Part shown: positions 1 to 11,021 of the stretch, in pieces
Position numbering within the stretch: the stretch's first letter is position 1
Layout: the number at the start of each line of letters is the position of its first letter
Source of the DNA: Negaprion brevirostris
Lineage: Eukaryota
Assembly: GCA_030324005.1 (NCBI GenBank)
Contig: JARDVH010000194.1
Coordinates: 6,021,915-6,085,914 of the forward strand
Reading direction: 5' to 3'
DNA length: 64,000 nucleotides
Notes under the pieces: generated by a model
Told to the model about the DNA's origin: nothing
What the model saw: the letters and a program-made list of their open reading frames with translations, nothing else
Database searches by the model: none
Translations under genes and position numbers: made by a program

Positions 1-1197
1 GTGGGAACTCAGCAAATGGAGAAGAACAAAACTGAAACAATTGCTACAATCTTCCGCCAGAAGTGCCGAGAGGATTTTCCATCTCGGCCTCCTCCTGAGG
101 TCCCCAGCATCACAGATGCCAGTTTCCAAGCAGTTCAATACCTTTCACAGGATAAGATTGGAACAGGAGTAGGCCATTCGAGCCCGGGAGCCCGCTCCAC
201 CATGCAATATGACCATGATTGATCTGTGGCCTAACCCTGTGCTGAAGAGGTTGGACACTGCAAGGATTATTGGTCCTGACAATATTTCAGCAATAATAAT
301 GATGATTTGTGCTCTGGAGCGAGCTGCGCCCCAGCCAATCTATTAAAGTATAGCTACATCACTATCACATACCCAACAGTGTGGAAAATTGGCAGGCATG
401 CTCTATCGCAAAAGGAAGGGCAAATCCATCCCGGCCAATCATCGCCCAATGCGATCTCACTCGATCAAAATAATAGAAAGTACCGAGGATCAACCGATCA
501 GTAATAATAATAATAACAATCTACTCAATGAAGCTCAGTCTGGGTTCCACTAGGAGCACTCAGCTCCAGAAATAATTTAAACTAAGTCCAAATATAGTGG
601 AAATAGCTGTTTTAATGAGGTGAGAGTGCCCACCCTCCACATCAACACAGCACTTGACCGATGATGGCATCAAGAACCCTGAGCCAATCTGCAGTCAATG
701 GGGATCCGGGGGTAAACATTCCACTGGCTTCAGTCACACCGAGTACAGAGTAAGATGGTTGGGGTTGTTGAAAGCCAATCAGCTCAGTCACAGGGTATTG
801 CTGCAGGAACTCCTCAGGATAGTGTGTTCGGACTAATCTTCACCCTTCATTAGAAGGTCAGAAGTGGGATGTTCGCTAATGATTGCACACTGTTCAGCAC
901 ATTAGCGACTCCTCAGATACTGAAGCGCTCCGTGTCCATATGCAGCAAGACTTAGAACACATTCAGGCTTTGGCTGAGGAGGGGAGAGTAACATTCACGC
1001 CACACAGTGTCAGACAATGACCTTCTTCAAGTAAGAGAGATTCCAAACATCTCCCTTTGACACTAAATGGCATGACCACCGCTGAAACCCCCACTATCAT
1101 CATTCTGGGAATTACTGATGATTAAAAACTGAACTGGGACAGACATGTCAACAATACTGCTACAGGAACAGGCCAGAGGCTGGGAATTTTGAGCTGA
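1..1197 (+). mobile_element. Decayed non-LTR retrotransposon (CR1/L2-clade LINE) reverse-transcriptase region
   Basis: Frame-broken translation TIFRQKCREDFPSRPPPEVPSITDAS ... GPDNI ... CAPAN-LKYSY ... MFANDCTLF resembles elasmobranch LINE RT. A short antisense CR1 3'-tail fragment interrupts it at ~150-237. Confidence 0.75.
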
Positions 1198-1359
1198 NNN
1201 NNNNNNNNNNNNNNNNNNNNNNNNNNNNNNNNNNNNNNNNNNNNNNNNNNNNNNNNNNNNNNNNNNNNNNNNNNNNNNNNNNNNNNNNNNNNNNNNNGTT
1301 TGATGACTTAATAGTCGCAAATAAGAGTCTAACTTGTTCAATCGCCTATTCTTTCCTAG

Positions 1360-1616
1360 CAACACCGTCTCCGCGCACACTCTACAGCCTGGCCTCCTCC
1401 TGTCAGCAACACAACTCCGACAGCTCCGTCATCTACGGATGTTTGGCGATGGACTACTTTCCAGATGTCTCCAAACTGACCTGGAAGATCACCACTGGGT
1501 TTAAGACTTACCCATCAGTGAGAAACACGAAGGGAACCTACACCTTGAGCAGCCAGTTAACCATCACCGACTCAGCGGGAGAATGCCCCAAAATTGAGTG
1601 TGAGGTTCGACACAGC
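1360..1616 (+). pseudogene. IGHM: Immunoglobulin heavy chain mu (IgM) CH1 constant-domain exon, orphan and 3'-truncated
   Basis: Polypyrimidine/AG acceptor ctttcctag ends at 1359, followed by a phase-1 exon (A)[85 protein letters not shown]. Canonical Ig C1-set Cys/Trp/Cys are present and it closely matches shark IgM CH1 as I recall it. About 5 aa are missing after WK, and there is no donor at the expected exon end. Confidence 0.85.
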
Positions 1617-1759
1617 TCAATCATCAGCGTTTTTCAGCCTATCACTGTCTCACACTATCAGTATTTGTCCTTGACTGTTGCACATATGACATTTCCAACT
1701 CCACTGCTTCTAACAGATCTGTTTTCGCTCAGGAAGTATTTCAGGTTTGTTTATAAAAA

Positions 1760-1831
1760 CATTAAATCTTAGTACATCAAAGCCAGTCTGCGACCCTAAA
1801 AGGCCGATCCCTAACCAATAGACCACCAGGA
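1760..1831 (-). pseudogene. tRNA-Glu relic
   Basis: Reverse strand reads tcctggtggtctattggttagggatcggc, matching the 5' half of vertebrate tRNA-Glu; the 3' half is badly decayed. Confidence 0.6.
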
Positions 1832-2222
1832 TCCCAGTTGCCTGATTTTCCCAGACACTGATTGCAACAAAGTTGACAGCGCCAATTATCCACAGTCACA
1901 CACTCCTTCCTGTCTGCTAAGGTTTGAAATTCTTCACATTTTCACACTGGCTTCCAGAGTGACGAAAGCACAGCTGTGATCAGCTGATTTTGCTCAGCAT
2001 TTTTACCACAATAAGGTTTGATATTGCCATTTGAATGTGGTGAGCGACAGTGAAATTTAATGCAGTTGAAGGAACCACATTTGGACAGGAGGAAGCAGCC
2101 AGGACAATGTAAATATGAGTTGCTGTGGGTAATTGACGGGATTGTGGAATTGAATTGAGTTTGCACCTTGATGATCAAATTGACACAAGTATTGAGCGAT
2201 CACAGCAGATTCTTTCGTTGCT

Positions 2223-2294
2223 GGTTCTGTGGTGTAACGGTGAGCACAGTCGACTTTGAATACAGCGATCCGAGTTCAAATCTCAGCAGAGCCT
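2223..2294 (+). pseudogene. tRNA-Gln(TTG) pseudogene
   Basis: GGTTCTGTGGTGTAACGGTGAGCAC...CTTTGAA...CCGAGTTCAAATCTCAGCAGAGCCT. Acceptor stem pairs, but the anticodon stem GTCGA/TACAG has 3 mismatches. Confidence 0.8.
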
Positions 2295-2544
2295 GGTTTT
2301 AGTTTCTCAATGCAAATGGATTTGCTGAAGGACAGTCAGTTTAATTTTCTCACAAAGTACGAATCGAGATGCCAATTTGTCAGCCCGTTCAACTACTATT
2401 ACAGGACACATTGCTGATCCTCTGGCGCTAGAGACCTACAACGTTAGTGTTATCAATCTTTTCCGCTACTCTCTAACTCCTCTGTTAAAAGAAGGAAGCA
2501 GTTGGTGTCACACAACAATTCAGCTGGAGTCCGGCAATTATTGA

Positions 2545-2548
<4 letters not shown>

Positions 2549-2585
<37 letters not shown>

Positions 2586-2600
2586 TGTGTGTGTGTGTGT
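2549..2600. repeat. (GT)n microsatellite within the tRNA-Gln cassette
   Basis: About 26 GT units; shorter versions lie at the equivalent position in other cassette copies (~3590, ~4985, ~17240, inverted at ~46700). Confidence 0.95.
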
Positions 2601-2942
2601 GGAGGAAGGCCTAGTGTCTCAGGTCAGAGTGCTGTCAGTTCCCTGATGCAACGGTTAGCTCCCTGGACTCTCGCCTCCAATCTAACTTGGGACAGATAAC
2701 TGAGTGAATGACACTTGTAAGTGGATTCCCTGCCAACTGTGGCTTCGCTGCCTCTCAACGCTTTGTATTCTTGAACAATCGTCCTGTGGACTGATGCAGT
2801 TACGCCGGGAGAATCATTCTCTGCAGCGTCTGCGATGTGATTGCGCTAGACTTTGCTGGCATTTCCTCAGTGTTTAGATTTCCACTTTCTGCGAATTTTT
2901 AATAAAATGCAAACCAATCATTGGCTTATACAAAGAAACACA

Positions 2943-3014
2943 ATGCTCTGCCGAAGTTTGAACTCGGATGGCTCAATTCAGAGTCCAGACTGCTCACATT
3001 TACACCTCAGATCC
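2943..3014 (-). pseudogene. tRNA-Gln(CTG) pseudogene
   Basis: Reverse strand ggatctgaggtgtaaatgtgagcagtctggactctgaattgagccatccgagttcaaacttcggcagagcat; multiple stem mismatches. Confidence 0.75.
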
Positions 3015-3254
3015 CAGAATACAGCCACCATCGGCAAATGGTCACTCGAAGAATTTGACCGATGTCATTCACTGTGGCAGCAACAGCAAGTACAACAACA
3101 ACATGTCCTTATGCTCCACCGTTGATAGGAGAAAATCTCTGAAAACACAATTCCCCAAATCTACAGCAAACCATTTCATGGCAAGGTGCATCGGGACAAA
3201 TCAGCAGAAATAGTTATGTTTCACAGTCCATTTCCAACAGGCTGCTTTGTTCTA

Positions 3255-3326
3255 GGTTCCGTGAGGTAATGGTGAGCACTTTGGACTGTGTATGCAGGAA
3301 ATGGAGCGCAAATCTCAACGGAAGAT
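3255..3326 (+). pseudogene. tRNA-Gln pseudogene (heavily decayed)
   Basis: ggttccgtgaggtaatggtgagcactttggactgtgtatgcagg...aaatctcaacggaagat; B-box lost; same flanks as the 2223 copy. Confidence 0.7.
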
Positions 3327-3989
3327 TTTCTTTGCTAATACTGATGGATTGATTTGCTGAAGGATATTTCGTTTAATTTTTTCACAGATTACGAATCGAG
3401 AAGACAATTTGTCAGTCACTTCAACGGCTATAAAAATGCACATTGCTGAGCCTCTGGCGCCAGACACCTGCAACGTCAGCGCTTTTCATCTTTTCGCTAC
3501 TCTTTAACTCATCTATTGAAGGAAAGGGGCAGTTGGTGTCACACAACAAGAGCCATTCGACTGAAGACTGGTAATTATTAATCAAGTGTGTGAGTATGTG
3601 TGCGTCTGTGTGCTGAGGGTCGGTGCGTTTTGGGGGAAAGACCGAGTTTCTTAGGTCAGAGTGCTGTCGGTTCCATGGTGAAACGTTTCACACTCTGGCC
3701 TCTCGCCATCGGAACTCTTGAAAAGCATGAGTCAGTGGATGACACTATAGGTGACCCCGTAGTCACTGTGGCTTCTTTGCCTCTCAGCGCTTTGCCTTCT
3801 TGAGCAATCGTGCTCTGGGGATGGAGCAATGACGCCAGGAGAGTCATTCGCTGCATCGTCTGCGTCGTCTGCAATGCGATTGAGGTGGAATTTGCTGAAA
3901 TTTCCTCTGTGCTTGGAATTCCACTTGCTGGGAATTTTAATTAAAAGTCCCTCCCGCAAACCAATCACCAGCTTTTGCGACGAAAAACG

Positions 3990-4061
3990 AGGTTCTACTG
4001 AGATTTGAACTCGGATCGCTGGAATCAGAGTCCAGAGTGCTCATCATTACATCATAGAACC
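3990..4061 (-). tRNA. tRNA-Gln(CTG), near-intact (possibly pseudogene)
   Basis: Reverse strand GGTTCTATGATGTAATGATGAGCACTCTGGACTCTGATTCCAGCGATCCGAGTTCAAATCTCAGTAGAACCT. Perfect acceptor and anticodon stems and a T5 terminator follows, but D-arm/D-loop GG is changed and the T-stem has one mismatch. Confidence 0.65.
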
Positions 4062-4119
4062 AGGAACACACACCCATCCTGGAAATGAGGACACTCAAAA
4101 CGTTTGATATCTTTCATTC

Positions 4120-4590
4120 CATTATCCGCTTTCTTCTCTTGTCCTGCTACATTCAGGCACCGCAGTACATGCACACCAATGTCCCTAGGAGATTCCCAGG
4201 GTTCTGCCTTTACAATGTATTCCCTTGCCTTGTTGGTTCTGCCCGACCGCATCACCCCACACTGATCCGGATTGAATTCCATTGCCACTGATCAGCCCAG
4301 GTGACCACCCTGTCAATATCCCCCTGTGAGCGAGGGCGATCCTTGTCCCTGTTCATTATTCCCTCGGCAATGTTTATATCTTCCGCAAAATTACTGCTCA
4401 AACCTCCAACAATCAAATTGAAATTACTCGTGTAAACCACAGATGCAGGGACACCAACGATGATCACTTTGGGACCTCAGTAGACGTAGGATCTCAGTCT
4501 GAAAAACTGCCCTCGACCATCACCGTTTGCTCCCTGCCACTCCGACAATTCTGCATTCAATTTGACAAATGCCCTTTGATCCCATCAGTA
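4120..4590 (-). mobile_element. CR1-type LINE RT fragment inserted between tRNA-Gln cassettes
   Basis: Minus-strand translation has SNFAEDINI, QGDIDRVVTWADQWQ, EFNPDQCGVM, typical of the CR1 RT C-terminal part. Confidence 0.75.
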
Positions 4591-4673
4591 ATGGCGCATG
4601 ATGACGTATTGTTGTCGTACTTCCTGTTGCTGCCTCATTGAATGAAAGAGTGACTATGTGTCGCTTGGTTCTG

Positions 4674-4738
4674 GGTTCTGTGGTATAATGATACGTGCTC
4701 TAAATCCAGCGATCCGAGTTCAAATCTTGGCAGAGCAT
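4674..4738 (+). pseudogene. tRNA-Gln pseudogene with internal deletion
   Basis: ggttctgtggtataatg...aatccagcgatccgagttcaaatcttggcagagca; anticodon arm partly deleted. Confidence 0.7.
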
Positions 4739-5013
4739 TTTTTTTCTGATTGATGTTCATTTAAATTGCTCACAAAGTACGAACGGAGAGGACAATTTGA
4801 CAGCCAGTTCAACTGCGATTACAATGCACATTGCTGAGCCTCTGACGTCAGATACCTGCAGCGTTAGTGTTTTTTCATCTTTTCGCTACTCTTTCATTCC
4901 TCTGATGAAAGACAGGAGCAGTTGGTGTCACACAACAACAACCATTCGACTGGAGTCTGCCCATTCTTGAGCAAGTGCGCATTTGTGTGTGTGTGCCTGC
5001 GTGAATGTGTGTG

Positions 5014-5100
5014 AACATAAGAACATAAGAAATAGGAGCAGGAGTAGGCCATCTCGCCCTTCGAGCCTGCCCGGCCATTCAATAAGATCATGGCTGATCT
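5014..5100 (-). mobile_element. CR1/HER1-type LINE 3' tail
   Basis: aacataagaacataagaaataggagcaggagtaggcc... is the reverse of the (TTCTTATG)n-ending CR1 3' UTR. Confidence 0.75.
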
Positions 5101-5154
5101 GAGGTGGATCACTCCTTCTTTCCCGTCTTGTCCCCATAACCCTGAATTCTCTTG

Positions 5155-6039
5155 TCTGTGTTACAGTTGTATGAAACGTTGTTTAGACCACATTTGGAAT
5201 GCTGTGACTAATTCTGGTCACCACATTATAAGAAGCATAGAGTCCCTGCAGTGTAGAAGGAGGGCAGTCGGCCCATCAAGGCTGCACCGACCAGAATCCC
5301 ACCCAGCTCCTATCCCTGTAACCCCACATATTTACTACTAATCCCCCTGACACTAAGGAACAATTTGGCATGATCAATCAATCTAACTCGAACATCGTAG
5401 GACTGTGGGAGGAAACCGGAGCACCCGGAGGAAACCCACGAAGAAAACGTGTAAAGTCCACTCAGTGATCCGAGGCCGCAATTGAACCCGGATGCCTGGC
5501 GCTGTGAGGCAGCAGTACTAACCACTGTGCCACCCTGCCACCCAGCAGGACATGGAGGCTTTGGAAAGAGCGCAGAAAAGGTTTACCAGGATATTGCAAG
5601 GTACAGAGGGTATTAGCTATGAAGAGAGATTGAATACACTGGGATTGCTCTCCCTGGAAAGATGGAGGCTGAGGCGCAACCTGATAGAAGTTTACAAAAT
5701 TTGAGAGATATAGCTTGGGTGAACAGTTGGAAGCTTTTTTCCCATGGCCGAAATGGTAATTATGAGGGGCAACAGGGTCAAGATAAGAGGGGAAAGGTTC
5801 GGTGGAAATGTGCGGGGGAAGTTTTTTTATACAGAGGATGGTGAGGGTCTGGAATGCACTGCCAAGTGAGGTGATTGAGACAATTACATTAGCCACATTT
5901 AAGACTTATCTTGATAGACACATGAGCAAACGGGGAATAGAGGGATGTCAGCGGTTGATTTCGGTAGGTAAGCGTGATCGGCACAGGGTCGAGGGCTGAA
6001 GGGTCTGCTCCTGTGCTATATTGTTCTTTGTTCTTGTTC
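5155..6039 (+). mobile_element. CR1/HER1-type LINE 3' fragment (RT C-terminus plus 3' UTR), interrupted by a SINE
   Basis: LYETLFRPHLEC...ALERAQKRFTR...FFIQRMVRVWNALPSEV...FKTYLDRHM, ending in ttgttctttgttcttgttc. Confidence 0.85.
5236..5543 (-). mobile_element. HE1-like (V-domain) tRNA-derived SINE nested in CR1
   Basis: Minus-strand head gggtggcagggtggcacagtggttagtactgctgcctcacagcgccagg with A/B boxes, V-core gggtttcctccgggtgctccggtttcctcccacagtcc, and CR1-like tail. It splits a contiguous CR1 reading frame. Confidence 0.85.
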
Positions 6040-6589
6040 AGATTGCGTGTCAGCTTGAATAGGCATTCAGCATTGCAATGTGACCTCACTCTCAGGGAGT
6101 ATGTTCGGTAAACTTGCACTCATATGTGACAGAGGTGGTAGTTATAATCAGTATTGTTTAATTGAAATCAAGTTGATTGCAAACATCGTTGGCATCTAAG
6201 GTGTGCACTTGTAAAGACATCTAAACTAAAAGAGGCCCAAAATCGATCATATTGGAGCAACAGTAACGGGCGGTTCAGACTATTTTGACCATAGGGGAAG
6301 TTATTACATTTCCAGCGTTGTGAAGGCCGCGGTATCAGACATTGGAGTGTTTAATGAGCAGGGACACACGGTGTGACTGAGACACACTGGGTCAATGCGA
6401 TACCAGCTACAGCTTCATTCAAATCAATCAATACACATATACTCGTTTTTCTGAATACGTTGACATTTTTAGAGTGCACATTCCCACAGTTTTCTTTCAT
6501 CTTATAAGAAAAAGGCAATAAAATTTTCCCCGATGTGCTGCCTATTTGGTGAAGCGTGTATCCACAGTCATACCTTATTAAGTTCAAAA

Positions 6590-6853
6590 ATTATTTATTA
6601 GTGTCACATGTAGGCTTACATTAACATCTGCAAATACACGAATGCATCAATCGCCGAGTCGCCAGACTCCAGCGCCTGTTCGGATACACTGAGCATGGCC
6701 AATGTACCCAACCAGCTTGTCTTTCCGACTGGTGGAGGAAGCCAGAGCAGCCAGTGGAAACCCACGGAGACACGGGGAGAACGTGCAGACTCTGACCAGT
6801 CAGTGACCCAAGCCAGGGATCGAACTCTGGTCTGTGGCACTGTGAGGCAGCAG
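6590..6853 (-). mobile_element. V-domain SINE (gtgacactaataaa-tail family)
   Basis: Same head and core as the other SINE copies; tail ...gtaagcctacatgtgacactaataaata. Confidence 0.8.
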
Positions 6854-7517
6854 TTTTACTGGGAAATAGCGATATGAATTTTCCGTATTTTCTTTTTCCG
6901 TAACTACAGTTCCTCAGGATCCATTCACTCTGTAAAGGGATTGACAGAGTTCGACGACTGGCTATTTCTCTCAGTCAAGATGACAAAGGGATGTGGTTCC
7001 GGTCAATTTCCCTCACCGGTAAGGTAAGTCGCGACTACTCTTCAGACAATTCATATGTTCAAATACGAACCACCGGTAAAATGAGTAGCTGTGGATAAAG
7101 GCTGTACTTACATCAGATCAATAATATCCTTTTCCGGGAAATGCAAGGGCGGCAAATCTACATGAGCAAGATTTGTGTGGGCGTCACTGACATAAATCAG
7201 CCGACATTTCAATGTTCCCTCCCCATTCACTTCCTTCTGCTGTGANNNNNNNNNNNNNNNNNNNNNNNNNNNNNNNNNNNNNNNNNNNNNNNNNNNNNNN
7301 NNNNNNNNNNNNNNNNNNNNNNNNNNNNNNNNNNNNNNNNNNNNNATCTAACTTTCCTGTCAGTGCGTCAAAAATGCGTTTCTCATTTCACAGAAAGTAT
7401 TTGAGGGTGATGTCTGAGAAATGATAACATGTTCTTAACATCGAGGTTCGGATAATGTTGAACAACAAACTGAAATCAAGCAATTTTCCCTTACCCGACA
7501 TGAGGAAGCTTAATGAA

Positions 7518-7590
7518 TGTTTCTGCCCGGTTTCGGGCCGAAGACTTTTCGCGTGTAAGGCGAATGTGATGAGCACTACACCACAGAAAC
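7518..7590 (-). pseudogene. tRNA-Val pseudogene, anticodon TAC on an AAC/CAC-type body
   Basis: Reverse strand GTTTCTGTGGTGTAGTGCTCATCACATTCGCCTTACACGCGAAAAGTCTTCGGCCCGAAACCGGGCAGAAACA; B-box GGTTCGA changed to GGCCCGA. Confidence 0.8.
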
Positions 7591-8174
7591 AACTAGAAAC
7601 ACAGGACAGCAAAATCGTACTTTCCTGTCAGCGCGTCAAAAAAAAAGTTTCTGATTTCACAGGAAGTATTTGAGGGTGAAGTCAGAGAAATGATAACATG
7701 TCTTTAACATCCAGGTTCGGATAATGTTGAACAACAACTGAAATCAGTTTTCCCTTACCCGACATGAGAAAGCTCAATGAATGTTTCTGCCCACTTTAGA
7801 AAGGAAGACCTATCTCGAACATCAACATTTAAAAGCGATCGTCTCCCAAATATCTAAGGGAGCAATGATATCTCCCCATTTATTAACGGATTATTCTTAT
7901 CTTCCTTTGAATATTCTCAATCAATTGTACTCAGTACTGAAAGCAAATCACTGCAGGTGCTGGAATCGGGTTTGAACCAGGAAACTTGGGAACGATCAGA
8001 AATAGAGGAAGTTTTTAAGAAGTGGAATCCAACAAGGAGGAAATATAACAACATCTGGGAGGGTGGAAATTGCGATGGATATTGGGTCTGTTGCAATTTG
8101 TGTGAACTGATTTTTCAAGACAGTGCAAGACAAAATGTGGTATGAATTAGCACGGAAAGCCAGTAGGAGGATCT

Positions 8175-8247
8175 TGCCGAAACCCGGGATTGAACCAGGG
8201 ACCTTTAGATCTTCAGTCTAACGCTCTCCCAACTGAGCTATTTCGGC
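8175..8247 (-). tRNA. trnaf-gaa: tRNA-Phe(GAA), intact
   Basis: Reverse strand GCCGAAATAGCTCAGTTGGGAGAGCGTTAGACTGAAGATCTAAAGGTCCCTGGTTCAATCCCGGGTTTCGGCA; complete cloverleaf, canonical vertebrate tRNA-Phe sequence. Confidence 0.97.
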
Positions 8248-9074
8248 TGCCTGTTACCCTAGCAGCTTCTGTCTCCCAAATATCTAAGAGAGCAAAGCTT
8301 TCTGCCTATTCGTTCATGCATCATTTCAATTGCACCAGTATTTGTTTCAATATTTAGTATCAATGTATTATTTAACACATATGGCTTCATTATGAATTGA
8401 ATATTTCTGAACTTGAACATCATGAATTGCAAATGTAACTGGCCAACAAAACTAATCGAATCACCGGGTAATACAGATCACAATTTAAGATTGAACATAG
8501 TTTTTTTAAAGTTATCAACTAGATCGAAATGGAAAAGATTAAAAAATTATCTGTTAGTGATCCTTGAGCCATTTTTGTTATGGGTGTGAAACATTTAGGC
8601 GCATAAATTCCGGCCCATTACAGGAAAATCCAGTAGATCCGCACTGAGTCTCGATTCCCTTGTCTGTGTGAGTGTCTTTTCCTGTTTCTATGTGATGAAA
8701 AACGATTTTAAAACAAAGATTATTCTGTGAAATGTGCACCATTTCCCCGAGTTCACTTACAGTATCACTTGTATCTGTCTTTTTGAGCACACACTACTAT
8801 CAGACATTTCAGATGGTGATTAACCATATTAGTCAGCACCTGTAAACCCATTAAATTCTGTTGGAGACTGAACGGGATGTGAATAAATGTTCGGTGTCAA
8901 AACCGAAGTTTCCTGTCAGAGCATCAAAAATAAGTGCATATTATTTCACAGAAAGCATTTGAGGGTGATGTTAGAACAATGATAACATGCCTTTCACACC
9001 GAGGTTTGAATAATGTAGAACAGCAAACTGAAATCAAGCAATTTTTCGTTCACAACATGAGGAAGCTTAATGAG

Positions 9075-9139
9075 TGTTTCTGCCTGGTTTTGATCCGGAG
9101 ACTATTCGCATGTTAGTGTAACCACTACACTACAGAAAC
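9075..9139 (-). pseudogene. tRNA-Val(AAC) pseudogene with deletion
   Basis: Reverse strand gtttctgtagtgtagtggttacactaacatgcgaatagtctccggatcaaaaccaggcagaaaca; about 8 nt missing from the D/anticodon arms. Confidence 0.75.
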
Positions 9140-9315
9140 AGCGAGAAGCACAACAGAGCAAAACTGCCTGTCTGCAATGTTCAACTCTCGATGGTAAGTC
9201 AAGTGCAATATCCTGTTCTTACAAGGGCATCTGTCAAAAACGACACCGCACAGACTCCTGGTTTCATCCTGAGCTCTTGGACTTCAGCGACAAAGGCATA
9301 AATTTAAACCAATTC

Positions 9316-9398
9316 CGGCAGCGCTGGGATTGTGAACTCATGGATCCAGAGAAACTGGAAACTAAATCCAGCGCCTTAGGTCCCTCAGTCACTCTGCA
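9316..9398 (-). pseudogene. tRNA-Leu(TAG) pseudogene
   Basis: Reverse strand ...ctaaggcgctggatttagtttccagtttctctggatccatgagttcacaatcccagcgctgccg; long variable arm, Leu-type core. Confidence 0.7.
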
Positions 9399-10046
9399 AG
9401 TGTGGTAATCGTGTTGTGATAATCATGTTGTTTCATTGCATTGGTACTGAAATAGCGCAAAATCCGTGGAGTTGGGATTTTAGCAAATTTACCTCAGATC
9501 AACACAGTGTTAATCTCCAATTGGACTCTGCAAACTAGCAAAGTGAGACTCTGTCTCTACCCATTTCTGATTGAAAACAGCATTGTGAAGACACTGGTCA
9601 TGTTTTCCTACATGTACGGCACAATTTCAATGTGTTTTCATGTTGTCTGTGGCTGTCGCTGATATTGCAGTGTGTGCAGAGTATGTGCATGCCTGAGAAG
9701 GAATTGGTGGTAAGAAGCAAAGTCTGTTTTAAAAAAGAGCCAGGGAGAAATGATCAAGTTGTGAGTCGTTTCTTTGAAGTTTGCTGCAGAGAGTGAAGGT
9801 AAAAAGTGTGGTGAAGGGTGGGGAGCGCAGATGGCTTTAAGAGAAGTGTGATGAGGAGCGTGGTATTTGAAGGTGAGTGTGTGTTTGCAGCTGTGTGAGT
9901 GTTGTAAGAGAAAGAAAGAGGGAAAGTGATGTAAATGTTGAAAAGCAGCATGAGGCAAATGGTGAAGAGATTGAGGAGGTTGAATTCGGTGGGCAACATA
10001 GAATTACAAAGAAAGACTGTAGACTGAATAGAGAAAAGAGGGACTT

Positions 10047-10117
10047 TGTACTAGCTGCGAATCGAACCCAATCCTCCCGCGTGGTAGGCAAGAATTCTAC
10101 CACTGAACCACCAATGC
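10047..10117 (-). pseudogene. tRNA-Gly pseudogene (GCC-type body, anticodon ACC)
   Basis: Reverse strand GCATTGGTGGTTCAGTGGTAGAATTCTTGCCTACCACGCGGGAGGATTGGGTTCGATTCGCAGCTAGTACA; 5' half canonical, T and acceptor stems mismatched. Confidence 0.8.
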
Positions 10118-10239
10118 TGCTTTTGGCAAAGTGCCCCCACATGCTCTCTCTTCCTTCACGCTCAGAAGCATTATAATTTTCTTACTTTGCCCCACTTCGT
10201 AACCGACTGCGGCACGTCAGCGGTTGATCATTTGGGCTA

Positions 10240-10488
10240 AGATAAGGAGAAATTACTTCACTCAAAGAGCAATGATCTTTGACATTCTCTATACCTGACA
10301 GTTATGTATGCCCCATCATCGAGCACATTTAAGGTTGAGATAAACAGGTTTCTGATCTCTTGGAGAATTCAGGGATACGGGGGGCTGGTGGAAAAACTAC
10401 GTTGTAGCCCAAGATCAGCCATGATGGTATTGAATGGTGGAAATCTCGGTGGACGGAGTGGTCTGCTCCTCCTCCTATGATTCCTGTT
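10240..10488 (+). mobile_element. CR1 LINE 3' end fragment
   Basis: aggagaaattacttcactcaaagag...aagatcagccatgatggtattgaatggtgg...tctgctcctcctcctatg is typical of the CR1 3' region. Confidence 0.7.
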
Positions 10489-10947
10489 AGAATAAAAACA
10501 GAAAGGACTGGAAGATCTCAGCAGGGTTTGTAACAAATGTGGAGCAAGACACAGACCTAAGTTTCCCAGTTCAACATGACTCTTTTGAAACCAGTAACTG
10601 AGTGTCAATTATAACAACTAGCACAACATCGAGACTGCAAACACTTCCAGTATCACTTGTGTCTGTCTGTTTGAGCACACAACACTATCAGATATTTCAG
10701 ATGGTGATTAAGCATACTAGTCTGCACCTAGAAACCCATTAAATTCTGTTGGAAACTGAACGAGATGCGGATAAATGCTCGGGGTCAAAATCGAATTTTC
10801 CTGTCAGTGCACCTTATTTGACAGAAAGTATTTGAGGGTGAAATCAGAACAATGGTAACATGTCTTTAACATCGAGGTTCGGATAATGTTGAACAGGAAA
10901 CTGAAATCAAATAATTTCCCTTCCCCGACATGAGAAATTTTAATGAA

Positions 10948-11021
10948 TGTTTCTGCCCGGTTACTGGCCGGGGAACCTGTCGCGTGTGAGGTGAATATGA
11001 TAACCTCTACACCACAGGACC
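10948..11021 (-). pseudogene. tRNA-Val(CAC) pseudogene
   Basis: Val cassette flanks (cccgacatgagaaa...aatgaatgtttctgcccgg) and ctcacacgcga anticodon arm; T-loop destroyed. Confidence 0.7.

Larger units (their letters stand above)
7346..9185. repeat. Segmental copy A of the Val-(truncated Val)-Phe-Val tRNA cassette
   Basis: Colinear with ~14500-16350. Val genes recur at a 1557-bp spacing (7518, 9075). Confidence 0.85.

Noticed and set aside
1617-1772. Hydrophobic C-terminal extension of the Ig ORF as a novel membrane-anchored single-domain Ig
   Set aside because: The segment is homologous to non-coding tRNA-Glu flank (11283-11350), so the open frame is probably incidental, and no leader or V exon is visible.
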